From the IMG/VR virus record IMGVR_UViG_3300043205_000021, positions 1 through 25,882 of that record: a stretch of 25,882 nt of DNA; one strand, given 5' to 3'. A program made the position numbers and the translations under genes. Under the pieces are notes generated by a model. The model searched no databases and was not told the origin of the DNA. It saw nothing but the letters and a program-made list of their open reading frames with translations. The DNA comes from a virus (lineage: Duplodnaviria; Caudoviricetes). Shown here piece by piece: positions 1 to 9,555 of this stretch; the first letter of the stretch is position 1, and each line of letters starts with the position of its first letter.

Positions 1-244
1 TACGCGTGATGCTGCGAATAACTGTGTCCGTGTTGGTTATGGCCTCGGAGAGATTTGCGACGAGGGTGCGCAACGCAGAGAGCGTGTCACTGTTGGTAAT
101 GGCATTGGACAAAGTGCGCGTAATAGACCGAGCCACAGTATCGGTGTTCGTAATCGCGTCGGTGAGTGTAGAAGTCCAAGCGACCGTTCCGCGTACTCGC
201 GTGATGTGAACTTTTATGGGAAATGTTCGTCCAAGTCGTGCCAT
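1..244 (-). CDS. Repeat-containing Thr/Ser-rich virion protein (fibre-like), 3' end outside window
   Basis: Not in ORF track; ATG at 244 gives MARLGRTFPIKVHITRVRGTVAWTSTLTDAITNTDTVARSITRTLSNAITNSDTLSALRTLVANLSEAITNTDTVIRSITR, with three L-x-x-AITN-x-DT repeats. Confidence 0.75.
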   Translation of the reverse strand, partial: MARLGRTFPIKVHITRVRGTVAWTSTLTDAITNTDTVARSITRTLSNAITNSDTLSALRTLVANLSEAITNTDTVIRSITR

Positions 245-245
245 G

Positions 246-1280
246 TTAGTAAGTAGAAGCGCGATTAACTGCCTGCTGAATAAACAAGGGAAGCACAGTT
301 GCGGATGCGACGAAGGGAGCGAACGAAACCCCAATTCCACGCGACTGTGTTGCTGAAGAGGCGTTGCACGTCATACTGAAGGAACCGGCAGGCGTTATCG
401 CACCGTGGCCTGAGTTATCGAATATCGCCATATCGCCAGTGGGGATGTTGTTCTGTAGAAGCGTTGCATTGGTCCCCACAGATACCGTTGCATTGTTTGG
501 AGTGTAGATAATGAAAGCCCAGCATTTGTCGGCGACAGTGGTAAACGCAAAGGTACTTGAAGTCGTATTCGAAGTTGTGTCACTGACGGAACTATCTGGA
601 AAGCCAGTTTGTTTAGCACCTGAGTAGGTGGCAATGCCGTGGTCCACCTCTCCGGCCGTCCCGTCGCTTGTTGAAACGACGTTATGACCACCTGAGGCCG
701 GAGCCGCTAACCACCAAATATATGCCTCCATTCCACCGCGTGTATTAGCCTTGTTAGAGTTCGCCATGCCGACCAAACTATATGAAGTCGCTGTAATGTG
801 GTCGCCCGAGTTGTGAAGATTGCCCACTATCATGAGGCCATTGGCGAGCGCGCCTGTTGTGTAGGCGGTCGTGAGTGTGGCCCCCGTACCGTTGCGGTCT
901 ATGCCGGATGTGTCAGAGGCGATCGAGAGGCGGTAATGGCCGGGGACGATGAGGGTACTTCCTGGCGTTACAAGAGCGGGAAACCACTCCAACTCAAAAG
1001 CCGGAAGCTTGAAGGTGCGTAAAGCTCTGCGCAATATAATCTCGACGTGGCAGAGAAAAGCCTCGACTGTGTAGAAGTCGTAGTGAACGTAACCCTTAGT
1101 CGAGGCGACGGCCGTGGCTTCAAGGCGTATTCCAACTTGACGCCAGAACACTAGTTCGTAGAGACGGAATACATTCGTTATCCAACACTCGCGGCTCCAT
1201 CGGAAGTCACGCCCCGCTTTAACCTGATAGCGCGGCGCTCTTGTGAGAGTCGCTAGGATAGTTGGAAGAATTCTGTTCAT
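246..1280 (-). CDS. Putative virion structural/receptor-binding protein (344 aa)
   Basis: Basic/aromatic N-terminal ~118 aa, then a Gly/Ser/Thr-rich beta-type domain starting IASD; lies in the late operon. Confidence 0.65.
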   Translation of the reverse strand: MNRILPTILATLTRAPRYQVKAGRDFRWSRECWITNVFRLYELVFWRQVGIRLEATAVASTKGYVHYDFYTVEAFLCHVEIILRRALRTFKLPAFELEWFPALVTPGSTLIVPGHYRLSIASDTSGIDRNGTGATLTTAYTTGALANGLMIVGNLHNSGDHITATSYSLVGMANSNKANTRGGMEAYIWWLAAPASGGHNVVSTSDGTAGEVDHGIATYSGAKQTGFPDSSVSDTTSNTTSSTFAFTTVADKCWAFIIYTPNNATVSVGTNATLLQNNIPTGDMAIFDNSGHGAITPAGSFSMTCNASSATQSRGIGVSFAPFVASATVLPLFIQQAVNRASTY

Positions 1281-1286
1281 TAGTCA

Positions 1287-1793
1287 TTAGATTTCAAACA
1301 CTACGTAGCAGTAGCAGTTCACAGCTGCGCCAGCGGTCACGCGAACGCGCAACGCGTTGGCATTGCCGAAAGCGGGCTCACGGCCAAGAGGAAATTGCTT
1401 CACATATTGATTGGTCGGAGCGACAAGCTGGAAGTCCAGCTCACGGGACGCAGTGATTGAACCTTCTGAAGTGCAAGTGTAACCGGTGGCGGACGTTCCT
1501 ACGGTAATGAGTGCGGTCGTTGGGTCGATGTCGTTCGGGTCGTAGCGCGTTATATCGTTGGCCACTGCGGCGGTTACCGTTCCAAAAACGGACCCGGTTT
1601 CCACCAACTCGCACTCGATCGGGGTAGCCGCGGCCGAACCGTCGAAGGAGACGCCCCACTCGATGACGCGTCCCTGCACACCAGAGGGAAGTTTAATCTG
1701 GAGCATCGTCTTGATCGCGGTGCCAGTCGTAACTTTGACCGGCGCTGCGGTCGTCGGCATCGCACCATTTTGATAGAGATAAACTTTAGCCAT
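1287..1793 (-). CDS. Putative virion structural protein (168 aa)
   Basis: Thr/Ala/Val-rich, tightly packed in the late operon. Confidence 0.65.
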   Translation of the reverse strand: MAKVYLYQNGAMPTTAAPVKVTTGTAIKTMLQIKLPSGVQGRVIEWGVSFDGSAAATPIECELVETGSVFGTVTAAVANDITRYDPNDIDPTTALITVGTSATGYTCTSEGSITASRELDFQLVAPTNQYVKQFPLGREPAFGNANALRVRVTAGAAVNCYCYVVFEI

Positions 1794-1811
1794 AAGTGAT
1801 TGGATTAGTGA

Positions 1812-2396
1812 TTAGTGCATCTGAATCTTCCACGTGACGGCCAAGCTGTCGCCGTTGACGACGTTGATGGCGGAAAAGACCTGGTGGCAGAGCAGGTTTC
1901 CGGTCGAAGCTGCGTCGAGCACTCCACTTTCGGTAACCGCTACAGTGCCCGTGACGCTGAAGGTATGCGCGATCTGCGCCGTATCGTTGGTGACGGACGT
2001 AGTGACGTTGGAGAGAGACCCCGCGGCACGTGAAAGACCGCTCGTGCTCGACTCTGTGCCAAGCGCAGTGTCGGTAACAGCCGCCGCGGTGCTGTTGGTG
2101 CCAACCGCGATGTACTGCATCACGGAAGGCGAGCCATTACCTGTTAGGAGTTTGGCGGTCTGCGCGAAGCCGACGTTGGTGATGAGGTTGCGTACCTTTT
2201 TCTGTGCTGACCAATAGCCAAGGAACGGGGCAATGAAAGGGGCATAGCCGCGATTAATCCAAAGCGGCGAGAGGTGGCCTTTCTTGATGAGCCAATGCGT
2301 CCAACGGTACTCCTGGAAGAGTGGCTTAGTGCGACCATCTGAACCGGTGAGCTGATAACTGACGTTTTCGTATGTTTTTACCTGTGCGAAGTTCAT
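1812..2396 (-). CDS. Tail fibre/collar-like structural protein
   Basis: Motifs NLITNVG, YIAVGT, DTALGTE, VTESGVLDAASTGNL resemble the N-terminal domain of phage tail-collar/fibre proteins. Confidence 0.65.
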   Translation of the reverse strand: MNFAQVKTYENVSYQLTGSDGRTKPLFQEYRWTHWLIKKGHLSPLWINRGYAPFIAPFLGYWSAQKKVRNLITNVGFAQTAKLLTGNGSPSVMQYIAVGTNSTAAAVTDTALGTESSTSGLSRAAGSLSNVTTSVTNDTAQIAHTFSVTGTVAVTESGVLDAASTGNLLCHQVFSAINVVNGDSLAVTWKIQMH

Positions 2397-2399
2397 AAG

Positions 2400-3158
2400 T
2401 TAGCTAAATGAATTAGTAAAATCTGGTGCCATGGCCAACTGCCTGTCCCAATCCTTTCGACCGTAGTGGGCTCGTAGGCGGTTTTCGTAATCCTGCAACT
2501 GTCCCTGAATGACTGCGAGCTGTGGTTGGTTCTTTGCCGCCGCGTACTCCATTGCGGGACCGTAGGCGAGTATAGGGTGGAAGGGATCGTCGAACCCTGG
2601 CGTGACGGTGCTGTCGGTAAGGACTGAAGTGTAGTCACTGGTCGTAAAGAGGATGGGTTGTCGCTCCCATTCAATGACCACAAACCCCCCGGCATCCACG
2701 TCCGCTTGAACGGGCATCGGATAGATAAAGACGGAATTGTACGCAACGTCATAACGCGGGTTAGTCTTGACGAAGTTGCTGTCGAGCGCAGTGTCGAGGC
2801 CCGATGATGCGTGATAGGCAATGCCCCCTTGCCATTCGCCGCTGTCCATTGGAGTTGCCCTGTAAGCGGTCACACCATCATAGGAGATGTCCACGCGCTT
2901 TATCTTCAACACTTTCTCTGACACAGGAATTGTGTAGTCACGCTGGAGTGCTAGTGGGGTGCTCTTGCGGGGGTAGCCGCTTCCCGCCGTCTGGTAGCGC
3001 GCGTCGTCGAAATCAACGTCATCCGCACTATCGAGAATCATCGTGACGGTTTTTTCAAGCCATATGTTGATATCGACAAGCAGCTTGGCGTCCTGGTACG
3101 AAGTCGTATCGGTGTTGGTGAGGTCGCGGGCTTTTTGCGCTATCTGTCCGAGTAACAT
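2400..3158 (-). CDS. Putative head-to-tail adaptor/head completion protein
   Basis: Helical N-terminus (LGQIAQKARDLT...VDINIWLE), beta middle and C-terminal PGFDDPFHPILAYG helix; position after the capsid cluster. Confidence 0.65.
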   Translation of the reverse strand: MLLGQIAQKARDLTNTDTTSYQDAKLLVDINIWLEKTVTMILDSADDVDFDDARYQTAGSGYPRKSTPLALQRDYTIPVSEKVLKIKRVDISYDGVTAYRATPMDSGEWQGGIAYHASSGLDTALDSNFVKTNPRYDVAYNSVFIYPMPVQADVDAGGFVVIEWERQPILFTTSDYTSVLTDSTVTPGFDDPFHPILAYGPAMEYAAAKNQPQLAVIQGQLQDYENRLRAHYGRKDWDRQLAMAPDFTNSFS

Positions 3159-3202
3159 AAGTGAGCGCGTGGCTCACTGTCAGAATACGAACCGCGCTCT
3201 AG

Positions 3203-3841
3203 TCAAAGCAAATAGTTGAGCTTCAATCCGTGGTCGAAAGCTGAAAGACGTTCGTTGTTGAATGAGGGTTTGAATTTGGCCCGGAATGGATGTTTGATAA
3301 AAGCGTCATGGTCGTAAGCCACAGCGGGGTTTGAGAACAGATTGGCAAACGTGTAGCCCGCGAGATGTGCTCGGTAGCCGACATTCACGTTGTCGCAACT
3401 CCAATGCTGGTCCAGCTCTTCGTCGAAGCCGCCAATCTCGAATAGTGCGGCGCGCGGCGCCATACCGCTGTCAATTTCCCAATGCTGCCAGCTCGGCTTG
3501 GCGTCCTCATATGCGCGCCAATCCCACTTGGCTGGTCCTTTGAAGTCGAGATTATCTACCTTGCCGACGGGCGCGGTTACAAAGGTGTGTTCGTCGAACG
3601 CCGACTGAAATTTCTGCAAATAGTCCGGGGGCACTCTGATGTAGTCCTGAAGGGACACGATGATGTCGCCCTTGGCCCGGCGAAGCATTCGGTTATATGC
3701 GGCATTGAGGTCGTGGCCGCGTTTCGGAATGCCAATTTCAACGAGCCACTCAAAATCGGTGAAAGTCTGGGCGGCAAGGCCGTCCTGAGTGACTTTGAGG
3801 CCTTCGGGCCGGATGCTCGGTGTGAGGACGCTTACCCGCAT
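3203..3841 (-). CDS. Glycosyltransferase, GT-A fold (GT2-like)
   Basis: N-terminal VSVLTPS, AYNRMLRRAKGDIIVSLQD and C-terminal IGGFDEE motif. Confidence 0.85.
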   Translation of the reverse strand: MRVSVLTPSIRPEGLKVTQDGLAAQTFTDFEWLVEIGIPKRGHDLNAAYNRMLRRAKGDIIVSLQDYIRVPPDYLQKFQSAFDEHTFVTAPVGKVDNLDFKGPAKWDWRAYEDAKPSWQHWEIDSGMAPRAALFEIGGFDEELDQHWSCDNVNVGYRAHLAGYTFANLFSNPAVAYDHDAFIKHPFRAKFKPSFNNERLSAFDHGLKLNYLL

Positions 3842-4734
3842 ATCTCCTTAATGCCAGCGAGTAATGCATCGGCGTAGTGCCGCTCGGTCCATTTGTTTCG
3901 GATATAAGCGACACCGGGTTCCCCGACGTAATCTTCCTTGCGGTGTTGAACCGCCTCTCGGATTTTGTTTGGATCAGGGTCCACGACTAGACCGAACCCG
4001 CTTTCCTCGACGAACTCACGGTTCTTCGTGCTATCGGTCATGACAACGGGCATGACGCCGCATGCCATAGCCTCAAGGGTAGCTCGTTGGCCTCCGCCCC
4101 AGTAGTCGGACGAATTGATAACGGTGTGAGAGGCGTTGAGGACGGAAGCTACCGCCTCGGCCGACAGTTCGGGTAACACCAGTCCCCCGGCGTCGCGAAC
4201 GCGCATAAACCCCATAGGGTCCGTCGCCTGGTGCCGTCCCATTACGGCGTACTTGGATCCCAGAGCCTCGGCACCAAGCCAATGACGCTTCCATGAGGCA
4301 CAAGTGGCCTGAAACACGCCGTCGAAGACTTTGGGCTGCTTCTCTGGCTTGAATATCTGTGTGTTAACGCCGAACGCGCGTTTCCAGGGAATACCTAGAG
4401 CCGAAAACTCTTCTTCGTTAAGTCTGCTCTCGACGAAGAACAGGTCAAAACCGGTGCACCATTCCTTCCTGATTGGGCCACCGGCAAATAGGAGCGCCTT
4501 CTTGAATGGGAGTTTGCGAACGGTCTCGTAATTATCGCGGTCCTTACCCGCCGCCGTGCAACAGGCTTCCCAATACAAAACGATGTCAGGGTTGAAGTCG
4601 TTGACGTCGGTGAGAGGAAAATCGAAGTATCGAACTTGATGCCGCTTCTCGATGAGTTGCATGGCCGCCCAAAGGCCGTCGCGCCACTGTCCGTATCTGC
4701 CGTCGAAGCCCTGCCAGATAAAAGCTATCTTCAT
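3832..4734 (-). CDS. Glycosyltransferase, GT-B fold (GT4-like)
   Basis: MKIAFI start, FGVNTQIFKP, and TLEAMACGVMPVV motif. Confidence 0.88.
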   Translation of the reverse strand: MKIAFIWQGFDGRYGQWRDGLWAAMQLIEKRHQVRYFDFPLTDVNDFNPDIVLYWEACCTAAGKDRDNYETVRKLPFKKALLFAGGPIRKEWCTGFDLFFVESRLNEEEFSALGIPWKRAFGVNTQIFKPEKQPKVFDGVFQATCASWKRHWLGAEALGSKYAVMGRHQATDPMGFMRVRDAGGLVLPELSAEAVASVLNASHTVINSSDYWGGGQRATLEAMACGVMPVVMTDSTKNREFVEESGFGLVVDPDPNKIREAVQHRKEDYVGEPGVAYIRNKWTERHYADALLAGIKEICG

Positions 4735-7088
4735 GCCTTTAGAATATCATTCCACCGGGCGGCTATCCTCGGCCACTCGAATTGGTGGGACCACTGCCGC
4801 GTCACACTTTCATTCCACCGATTTCCTTTAAGCACCTCGACCATTGCTTCAACCCAATCGTGTTGGGCTGCTTGACCTTCAAGACCGAAGTGGAATTGAT
4901 AGGGTTTGTTCCACGTCTCTTTAGTTTTGCTTGAATGAATTAACTTTGCAGCGGCGGTGGTGCTTTCGGGGAGGGCACCGAAGTCGGTAGCAACGACGCG
5001 AGCGCCAGCCGCTTGCGCCTTTTTGACACTGATACAGTCAATCTCGGCAAACTCAGTTGGATAGGCGAGAAAAGAAGCCTGTTGGTATAGCTTGCCCACT
5101 TCAGCTTGCGTAAGCCTGCCAAGCGTCTCAATCCCGGCATCGTCCATTTGCTTCTGCGTCTGTTTCATCCAATCTAGCTTTTTGGTGTCACTCGCAAACG
5201 AAGCTTTGAAAACTTCCCATCCGTAGGCCCACTGCAATCGAGCCTGCGGGATGCGTTTCTTCACCTCACGAAAGAGTGCAGGTAGCACGTCCATCGAGCG
5301 ATCGGGCGAACTGGTATTGATGATGAGATAGGGGTCTTTCTTAATCGGAGGGTCGCTCTCCAACAGCGCGAAGTCCATGCCGTTCGGTATGACAGCAATC
5401 TTTTCGTCCGGCACGTTCGGGAATAGCGAACGGTGAAATTGCGTCTTGACCATTATCTTCGTGACTTTAAGCAATCGTTTCGTCGTAAACTCGCCTTCTG
5501 GCACAACGTCGTGCAAGTCCACAAATATCTTTGATGAGTTGATTTCGGCGTCCAGCGGCTTGCACCAACGCCAGAGAATCGTCACGTCCTGCTTGTCGCG
5601 GTAATTCCACTCCCAGAAGGGACGGTATTCTACTTGTGCGAATTTCGCGGGCGTGAGCCTTGAAACTATTTCCGTCAGCGGTTTATGCCCACAGTTGTTG
5701 TAGACCGTCACATTCCACCCCAGCTTCGCCAGCTCGCGGGACAAGTTGATGACGGCCTCTTCGGAACCGCCAAATCCCTTGATCTTGAATAGCTCGGGAT
5801 TCCATTGGTGCTGTGTGTTGCCGCAGTAGATTACGAGGTCCCGGCCTGAGCTGGTCTGTTTGATGAAATTGGTGTTGCGGAGCGCAGCTATCGTTGGATG
5901 CGATTTAAGGGCCGTAGGAAGGCGGTCTAACTCCTGTTTGAGCTTTTCCTTGTCTTTAATCGAAAGAAGCTTCTCAGCGCGCTTTAGGGCCTTTTCCATG
6001 GCCTTGTATTCGCCTTCACCCTCCTTCACTAGTTTCTTAAGGTGGTCGTCGGTCGGGTAAATCTTCAGGCATCCCTTCAGCATCGGGAGCATGAGGTCGG
6101 GACGGTTTTTGTGATAGTAAATTTTGGCCAACAGCATCATCGGGTTGTAATCGTAGTCGCGGGGATTGAAGACAATCATGCGATTGGTCATCGGCTTGCG
6201 GACCATCCCCTGCAACACGTACTCCTCGGCCTTGTCGTAATTGCCGAATGAGAAATACAGATAGGCGAGCTGATAGAAACCATCTGGCAAAGTCGGGTAG
6301 AGGCCGATGGCGAGCTGGAGCTGTTTTATGGCTTCCTGGCGCCGGTCGAGGCCGCGGTAGCAGTCTGCGAGGCGGGAGTAGGCAAGATACTTCTCGTCAT
6401 CAGATTCGGTGGTTTCGATAAAATGCTCAAACGTGTCGATTGCTTCAGCGTATTTTGAAACGGCATATTGGGAGTTGCCCAGATTCCAAAAGGAACGCGG
6501 GTCGTCCGGCTTTACCTTTGCCGCCTCCACTGCGATCTCGAGATTGCGCTTGGCGTTTTCGTCGTGGCGTTCCTTCGTTGTGAGATGGCAGCGTTCAATG
6601 CCCTCAATGACGTGCACCTCAAACGCGCGGTTGGGCTCCATGTCCTCGTGCAAGGCGCCAACCCAACGGGTGCCCCCGTCATTCTTCACAATCATCGTCT
6701 TTTTGTGGACGACGGTAGGCTTTTTGAACTCATCCCAATCGTACAAATACCAAATGCCGAAGCCGTCTATGTGTGGGTGAGCCGCGAGGGTGTCTTTAAG
6801 CTTCTCCAGTCCGCGCCATGCATCGTCGGCATCGGACCACATGATGTAGTCGTAATCCTTCGGTACCTGCGAAAAGTTGAAATTGCGGGCGGCGGCGAAG
6901 TCGTTGCACCATTCAAAGTCTGAGAGGTGGGCCTTGTATTTCTTGGCTACCTTCGCAACAGCGTCATTAGGTTGTGTGCGGGTGATGAAAATACCGTCCA
7001 CGTAGGGGGCAATAGTCTGGAGACACCTTTCTAAGAGCTTGGCCTCTTCGTCAGTCCCGCGGACGATCATTGCGAGGGCAATTTTCAT
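4731..7088 (-). CDS. Multidomain glycosyltransferase: GT2 + TPR repeats + GT4 (about 785 aa)
   Basis: Start moved to MKIALAMIV (ATG 7088, ATGA overlap with upstream ORF); DFAAARNF and DADD (DxD); TPR-like helices (SFWNLGNSQY, AYSRLADCY, GFYQLAYLY); GT-B part with GGSEEAV, IPNGMD, EIDCISVKKAQAAG. Confidence 0.88.
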   Translation of the reverse strand: MKIALAMIVRGTDEEAKLLERCLQTIAPYVDGIFITRTQPNDAVAKVAKKYKAHLSDFEWCNDFAAARNFNFSQVPKDYDYIMWSDADDAWRGLEKLKDTLAAHPHIDGFGIWYLYDWDEFKKPTVVHKKTMIVKNDGGTRWVGALHEDMEPNRAFEVHVIEGIERCHLTTKERHDENAKRNLEIAVEAAKVKPDDPRSFWNLGNSQYAVSKYAEAIDTFEHFIETTESDDEKYLAYSRLADCYRGLDRRQEAIKQLQLAIGLYPTLPDGFYQLAYLYFSFGNYDKAEEYVLQGMVRKPMTNRMIVFNPRDYDYNPMMLLAKIYYHKNRPDLMLPMLKGCLKIYPTDDHLKKLVKEGEGEYKAMEKALKRAEKLLSIKDKEKLKQELDRLPTALKSHPTIAALRNTNFIKQTSSGRDLVIYCGNTQHQWNPELFKIKGFGGSEEAVINLSRELAKLGWNVTVYNNCGHKPLTEIVSRLTPAKFAQVEYRPFWEWNYRDKQDVTILWRWCKPLDAEINSSKIFVDLHDVVPEGEFTTKRLLKVTKIMVKTQFHRSLFPNVPDEKIAVIPNGMDFALLESDPPIKKDPYLIINTSSPDRSMDVLPALFREVKKRIPQARLQWAYGWEVFKASFASDTKKLDWMKQTQKQMDDAGIETLGRLTQAEVGKLYQQASFLAYPTEFAEIDCISVKKAQAAGARVVATDFGALPESTTAAAKLIHSSKTKETWNKPYQFHFGLEGQAAQHDWVEAMVEVLKGNRWNESVTRQWSHQFEWPRIAARWNDILKA

Positions 7089-7297
7089 ACGACGGTTTTG
7101 TGTTTGTGACTTAGTACATGAGGGTTTTGAACAGGGGACAATGTTACGGCGGCGAAGATTGCTTTCTGACGGGCGCACCATTCATGTATCGGTTTATCAC
7201 TGCGGTGCGAGCACCATGAACACTTATAAGGTCCGCTTCGCTTTAGTTGAAGTTTGGGCGTCCAGGTCGGGACTCTGCGGGGACGTTTATAAGTCAT
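7085..7297 (-). CDS. Small basic protein with possible Zn ligands (CSWC...HEWC)
   Basis: ATGA overlaps with both neighbours suggest translational coupling. Confidence 0.55.
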   Translation of the reverse strand: MTYKRPRRVPTWTPKLQLKRSGPYKCSWCSHRSDKPIHEWCARQKAIFAAVTLSPVQNPHVLSHKHKTVV

Positions 7298-7596
7298 ACG
7301 TGATGGGGTAGGGCGAATTGCTTAAAGGTGGTTGCAAACCAACGGCCACCTTCTTTGGTGTTGAACCATTTCACTCCCTCCACAGAAAGGGCCTGAACTA
7401 ACGCGGCCTGCAAGCGTTCGGATATCTCAAAGACAGCGCGTTGCTGACCATCGCCCGTGCCGAACTTGGGGTCTTTAAGAGATGCGCGATGCATCGCCAC
7501 GGCTTCGCACAGCAACCTGTACTCTTGTGGTGCCCGAAGCTTGTAGTGTCTAACGACAGTGCGAATTTGTTTCTTAAAAAGTTCGGCACTATCCAT
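7294..7596 (-). CDS. Hypothetical phage protein (about 100 aa)
   Basis: ATG at 7596 just after the capsid terminator; coupled to the downstream ORF. Confidence 0.65.
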   Translation of the reverse strand: MDSAELFKKQIRTVVRHYKLRAPQEYRLLCEAVAMHRASLKDPKFGTGDGQQRAVFEISERLQAALVQALSVEGVKWFNTKEGGRWFATTFKQFALPHHV

Positions 7597-7612
7597 ATGT
7601 CCCAATTAAACA

Positions 7613-7646
7613 ACACAAAACGCCTGCCGCAAAGCAGGCGTCTGTG
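7613..7646 (-). terminator. Intrinsic terminator after the major capsid gene
   Basis: Minus strand ACGCCTGC-tttgcg-GCAGGCGT followed by TTTGTGT. Confidence 0.8.
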
Positions 7647-7659
7647 GAGAACAATACGA

Positions 7660-8586
7660 CTAAGCCGAAAGCAGGAAGCCGTCTGCGTAGAAGTGCGAGT
7701 TCTGATTGCGAACCTCAAGGGTCATCGCGCCGTAGACCGCTCGCGGATAATACGCGCCGCCAACCGTGAGGTTGTCGATAACCGTCGGCGCAATAAGCAT
7801 TGCGACCTTCAGTTTCTCGGGGCGTATAGCCAGGATGCGGCCGGTAGCGTCGCCAGCCTGCTGGATATAGCGATGTTTGTGAATGGTGATGGTACCCATC
7901 GAAGTCTCGAACCGCGTAACGGTGCGGACGACTTCGCGGATATCAGGGATATTCACAACGCTATTCTGCTTCTGGACGAAGTTGTCAGTAACGCGCTTCA
8001 TGATGCCACCGACATAAAGATCGGTTGCAACATCGCCGTTGCTGCTCGCCCAACAATTTTCCATGAGGCCGTCCAATATCGTAGCTGAAAATACCGTGCC
8101 AGAGGTCTGGGACGTGTAGTTCGTGGACTGCGATATCGCGGCAATGATGCCTGCCATCTTCGCCACCGTGCCCGACACGCCCGAAGTGAGCGTGGAACGA
8201 ACGAGGTCGAACTCAAGGCCGTTGGAAAACTCGACAAGAGCTTTCCGGGTCTGGCGTTCAAGTTCGTTCTCGCCGGTGAAGTGAGAGACAGCGACCTGCG
8301 GACGGGTGACGCGAAGCGGCTGCGCCATTTCCTCGACGATGTTCGTGAGGAGGCTCGGCGTCGTACGAGTAGAGAAGGTGAAGTCCTGTCCCTGCTCGGT
8401 AGCGAGCGAACCTGCCGTGGCGTAGGTGTCCGTCATGTACGAGTGAACCATCGCAAGAGCCTGCGTCTTTCCCAAAAGGGAATAGATGCCGTCTTCCTTC
8501 GCGGTGATGTACTCGATGGCGTCACGCACAACATCGGTAACGATGCTGGAGTCGCCGTAGGTCTGTAATACGGCTGTTTGAGCCAT
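7660..8586 (-). CDS. Major capsid protein (SU10/DUF5309-like, HK97 fold)
   Basis: 308 aa after the scaffold gene and followed by a terminator; N-ELERQ...K...LEFDLV, MAGI, and C-terminal GAMTLEVRNQNSH features. Confidence 0.85.
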   Translation of the reverse strand: MAQTAVLQTYGDSSIVTDVVRDAIEYITAKEDGIYSLLGKTQALAMVHSYMTDTYATAGSLATEQGQDFTFSTRTTPSLLTNIVEEMAQPLRVTRPQVAVSHFTGENELERQTRKALVEFSNGLEFDLVRSTLTSGVSGTVAKMAGIIAAISQSTNYTSQTSGTVFSATILDGLMENCWASSNGDVATDLYVGGIMKRVTDNFVQKQNSVVNIPDIREVVRTVTRFETSMGTITIHKHRYIQQAGDATGRILAIRPEKLKVAMLIAPTVIDNLTVGGAYYPRAVYGAMTLEVRNQNSHFYADGFLLSA

Positions 8587-8597
8587 AGTTAGTGAGA

Positions 8598-9158
8598 CTA
8601 GGAGAGATTTTCAGCAATGGCCTTGGCGAACACACCGGCAACGTCAGAAGTAGAACTACCCTGAGCGTTGGCGATCGTGCGGGCCTCGTCCGTTATTGAT
8701 TTGTCTGCTCCTAGCCGTGAGTTAGAAGCGACAACAGATTTGGTCTGGGCAACCTTATCTGCCACTTCCGCTTTCCCGAAATAGGTCTTGAACGCCTCCG
8801 ACTGCACAACCTCGGAAAGAGGCTTGCCATTGCGCATTGCTGCGATGACGGTCTCATGCCCCTTGTATTGTGGGTTGGTGGCGAAAAATACCTGTTCTTC
8901 GAGCGATTGAACCTGAGCTGCAAGGGCTGGATCAGCGACGGGAGCGGGGTTGGCCGCATCTATCTTTTTACCGACGTAGCTCTTCGTTTCCTTTAGAGCT
9001 GCGAGTGCTGTTGGCTTGTCCTTGTAGTTCGTTCCGAGGTGCTGGTTCAACTCGGCAAGCGAAAGGGTGTCAACAACATTCTCCCCGCCTACTGCTGGTG
9101 TCAATTGAGCACCATCAGGGACGGTCGGTGAGGGATTGTTGTTTGGATCGTTATCCAT
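8598..9158 (-). CDS. Putative scaffolding protein (about 186 aa)
   Basis: Start moved to MDNDPNNN (ATG 9158); low-complexity helical protein directly upstream of the capsid gene. Confidence 0.7.
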   Translation of the reverse strand: MDNDPNNNPSPTVPDGAQLTPAVGGENVVDTLSLAELNQHLGTNYKDKPTALAALKETKSYVGKKIDAANPAPVADPALAAQVQSLEEQVFFATNPQYKGHETVIAAMRNGKPLSEVVQSEAFKTYFGKAEVADKVAQTKSVVASNSRLGADKSITDEARTIANAQGSSTSDVAGVFAKAIAENLS

Positions 9159-9249
9159 AGTAATTCTGTGTCTAGTAAGTAATGTCAGGGCTTCGTCGAC
9201 CTTCAGAGCCCCGCGTGAACCTCCAGCAGAGGCTTGCGCGGATATCCGA

Positions 9250-9555
9250 CTACGGCCTGATAATGAATCCGTCGTCCTGTGCGTTAGTGGCGGCCTCCTT
9301 AGCCGCGGCATGACCTTCGACCATGCCGGTAATCTCCTTGAGAAATTCAAAGAGTAATCCAGCGGCCATCTTGCGCGCTTTAATGGCAACTACTGCCTTT
9401 TCAGCTTCGTCGTCGTCTATGTTGGCGATGTTTTGCAAATCGAGAATTTTGTCGCCGATGAGCTTTGAGGCGATAGACCATCCGCGTGATGCGGTCATGT
9501 TGACCAGCTCCTCGCCGTCGCTCAAAACCTTCTGTGTTTCTTCGTCAGTTTTCAT
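9250..9555 (-). CDS. Small protein between portal and scaffold (Bbp19-like position)
   Basis: 101 aa, LVNMTASRGW motif, ATGA overlap with the portal stop. Confidence 0.65.
   Translation of the reverse strand: MKTDEETQKVLSDGEELVNMTASRGWSIASKLIGDKILDLQNIANIDDDEAEKAVVAIKARKMAAGLLFEFLKEITGMVEGHAAAKEAATNAQDDGFIIRP

Noticed and set aside
6-209. Plus-strand 67-aa ORF and other + strand ORFs across 1-13 kb (for example 7441-8088)
   Set aside because: Antisense shadows of well-supported minus-strand genes
7089-7181. Long N-terminal extensions in the ORF track (GT 7181, scaffold 9389, zinc finger 18480, Int 25349)
   Set aside because: Downstream ATGs fit domain starts, Shine-Dalgarno sites or ATGA coupling better
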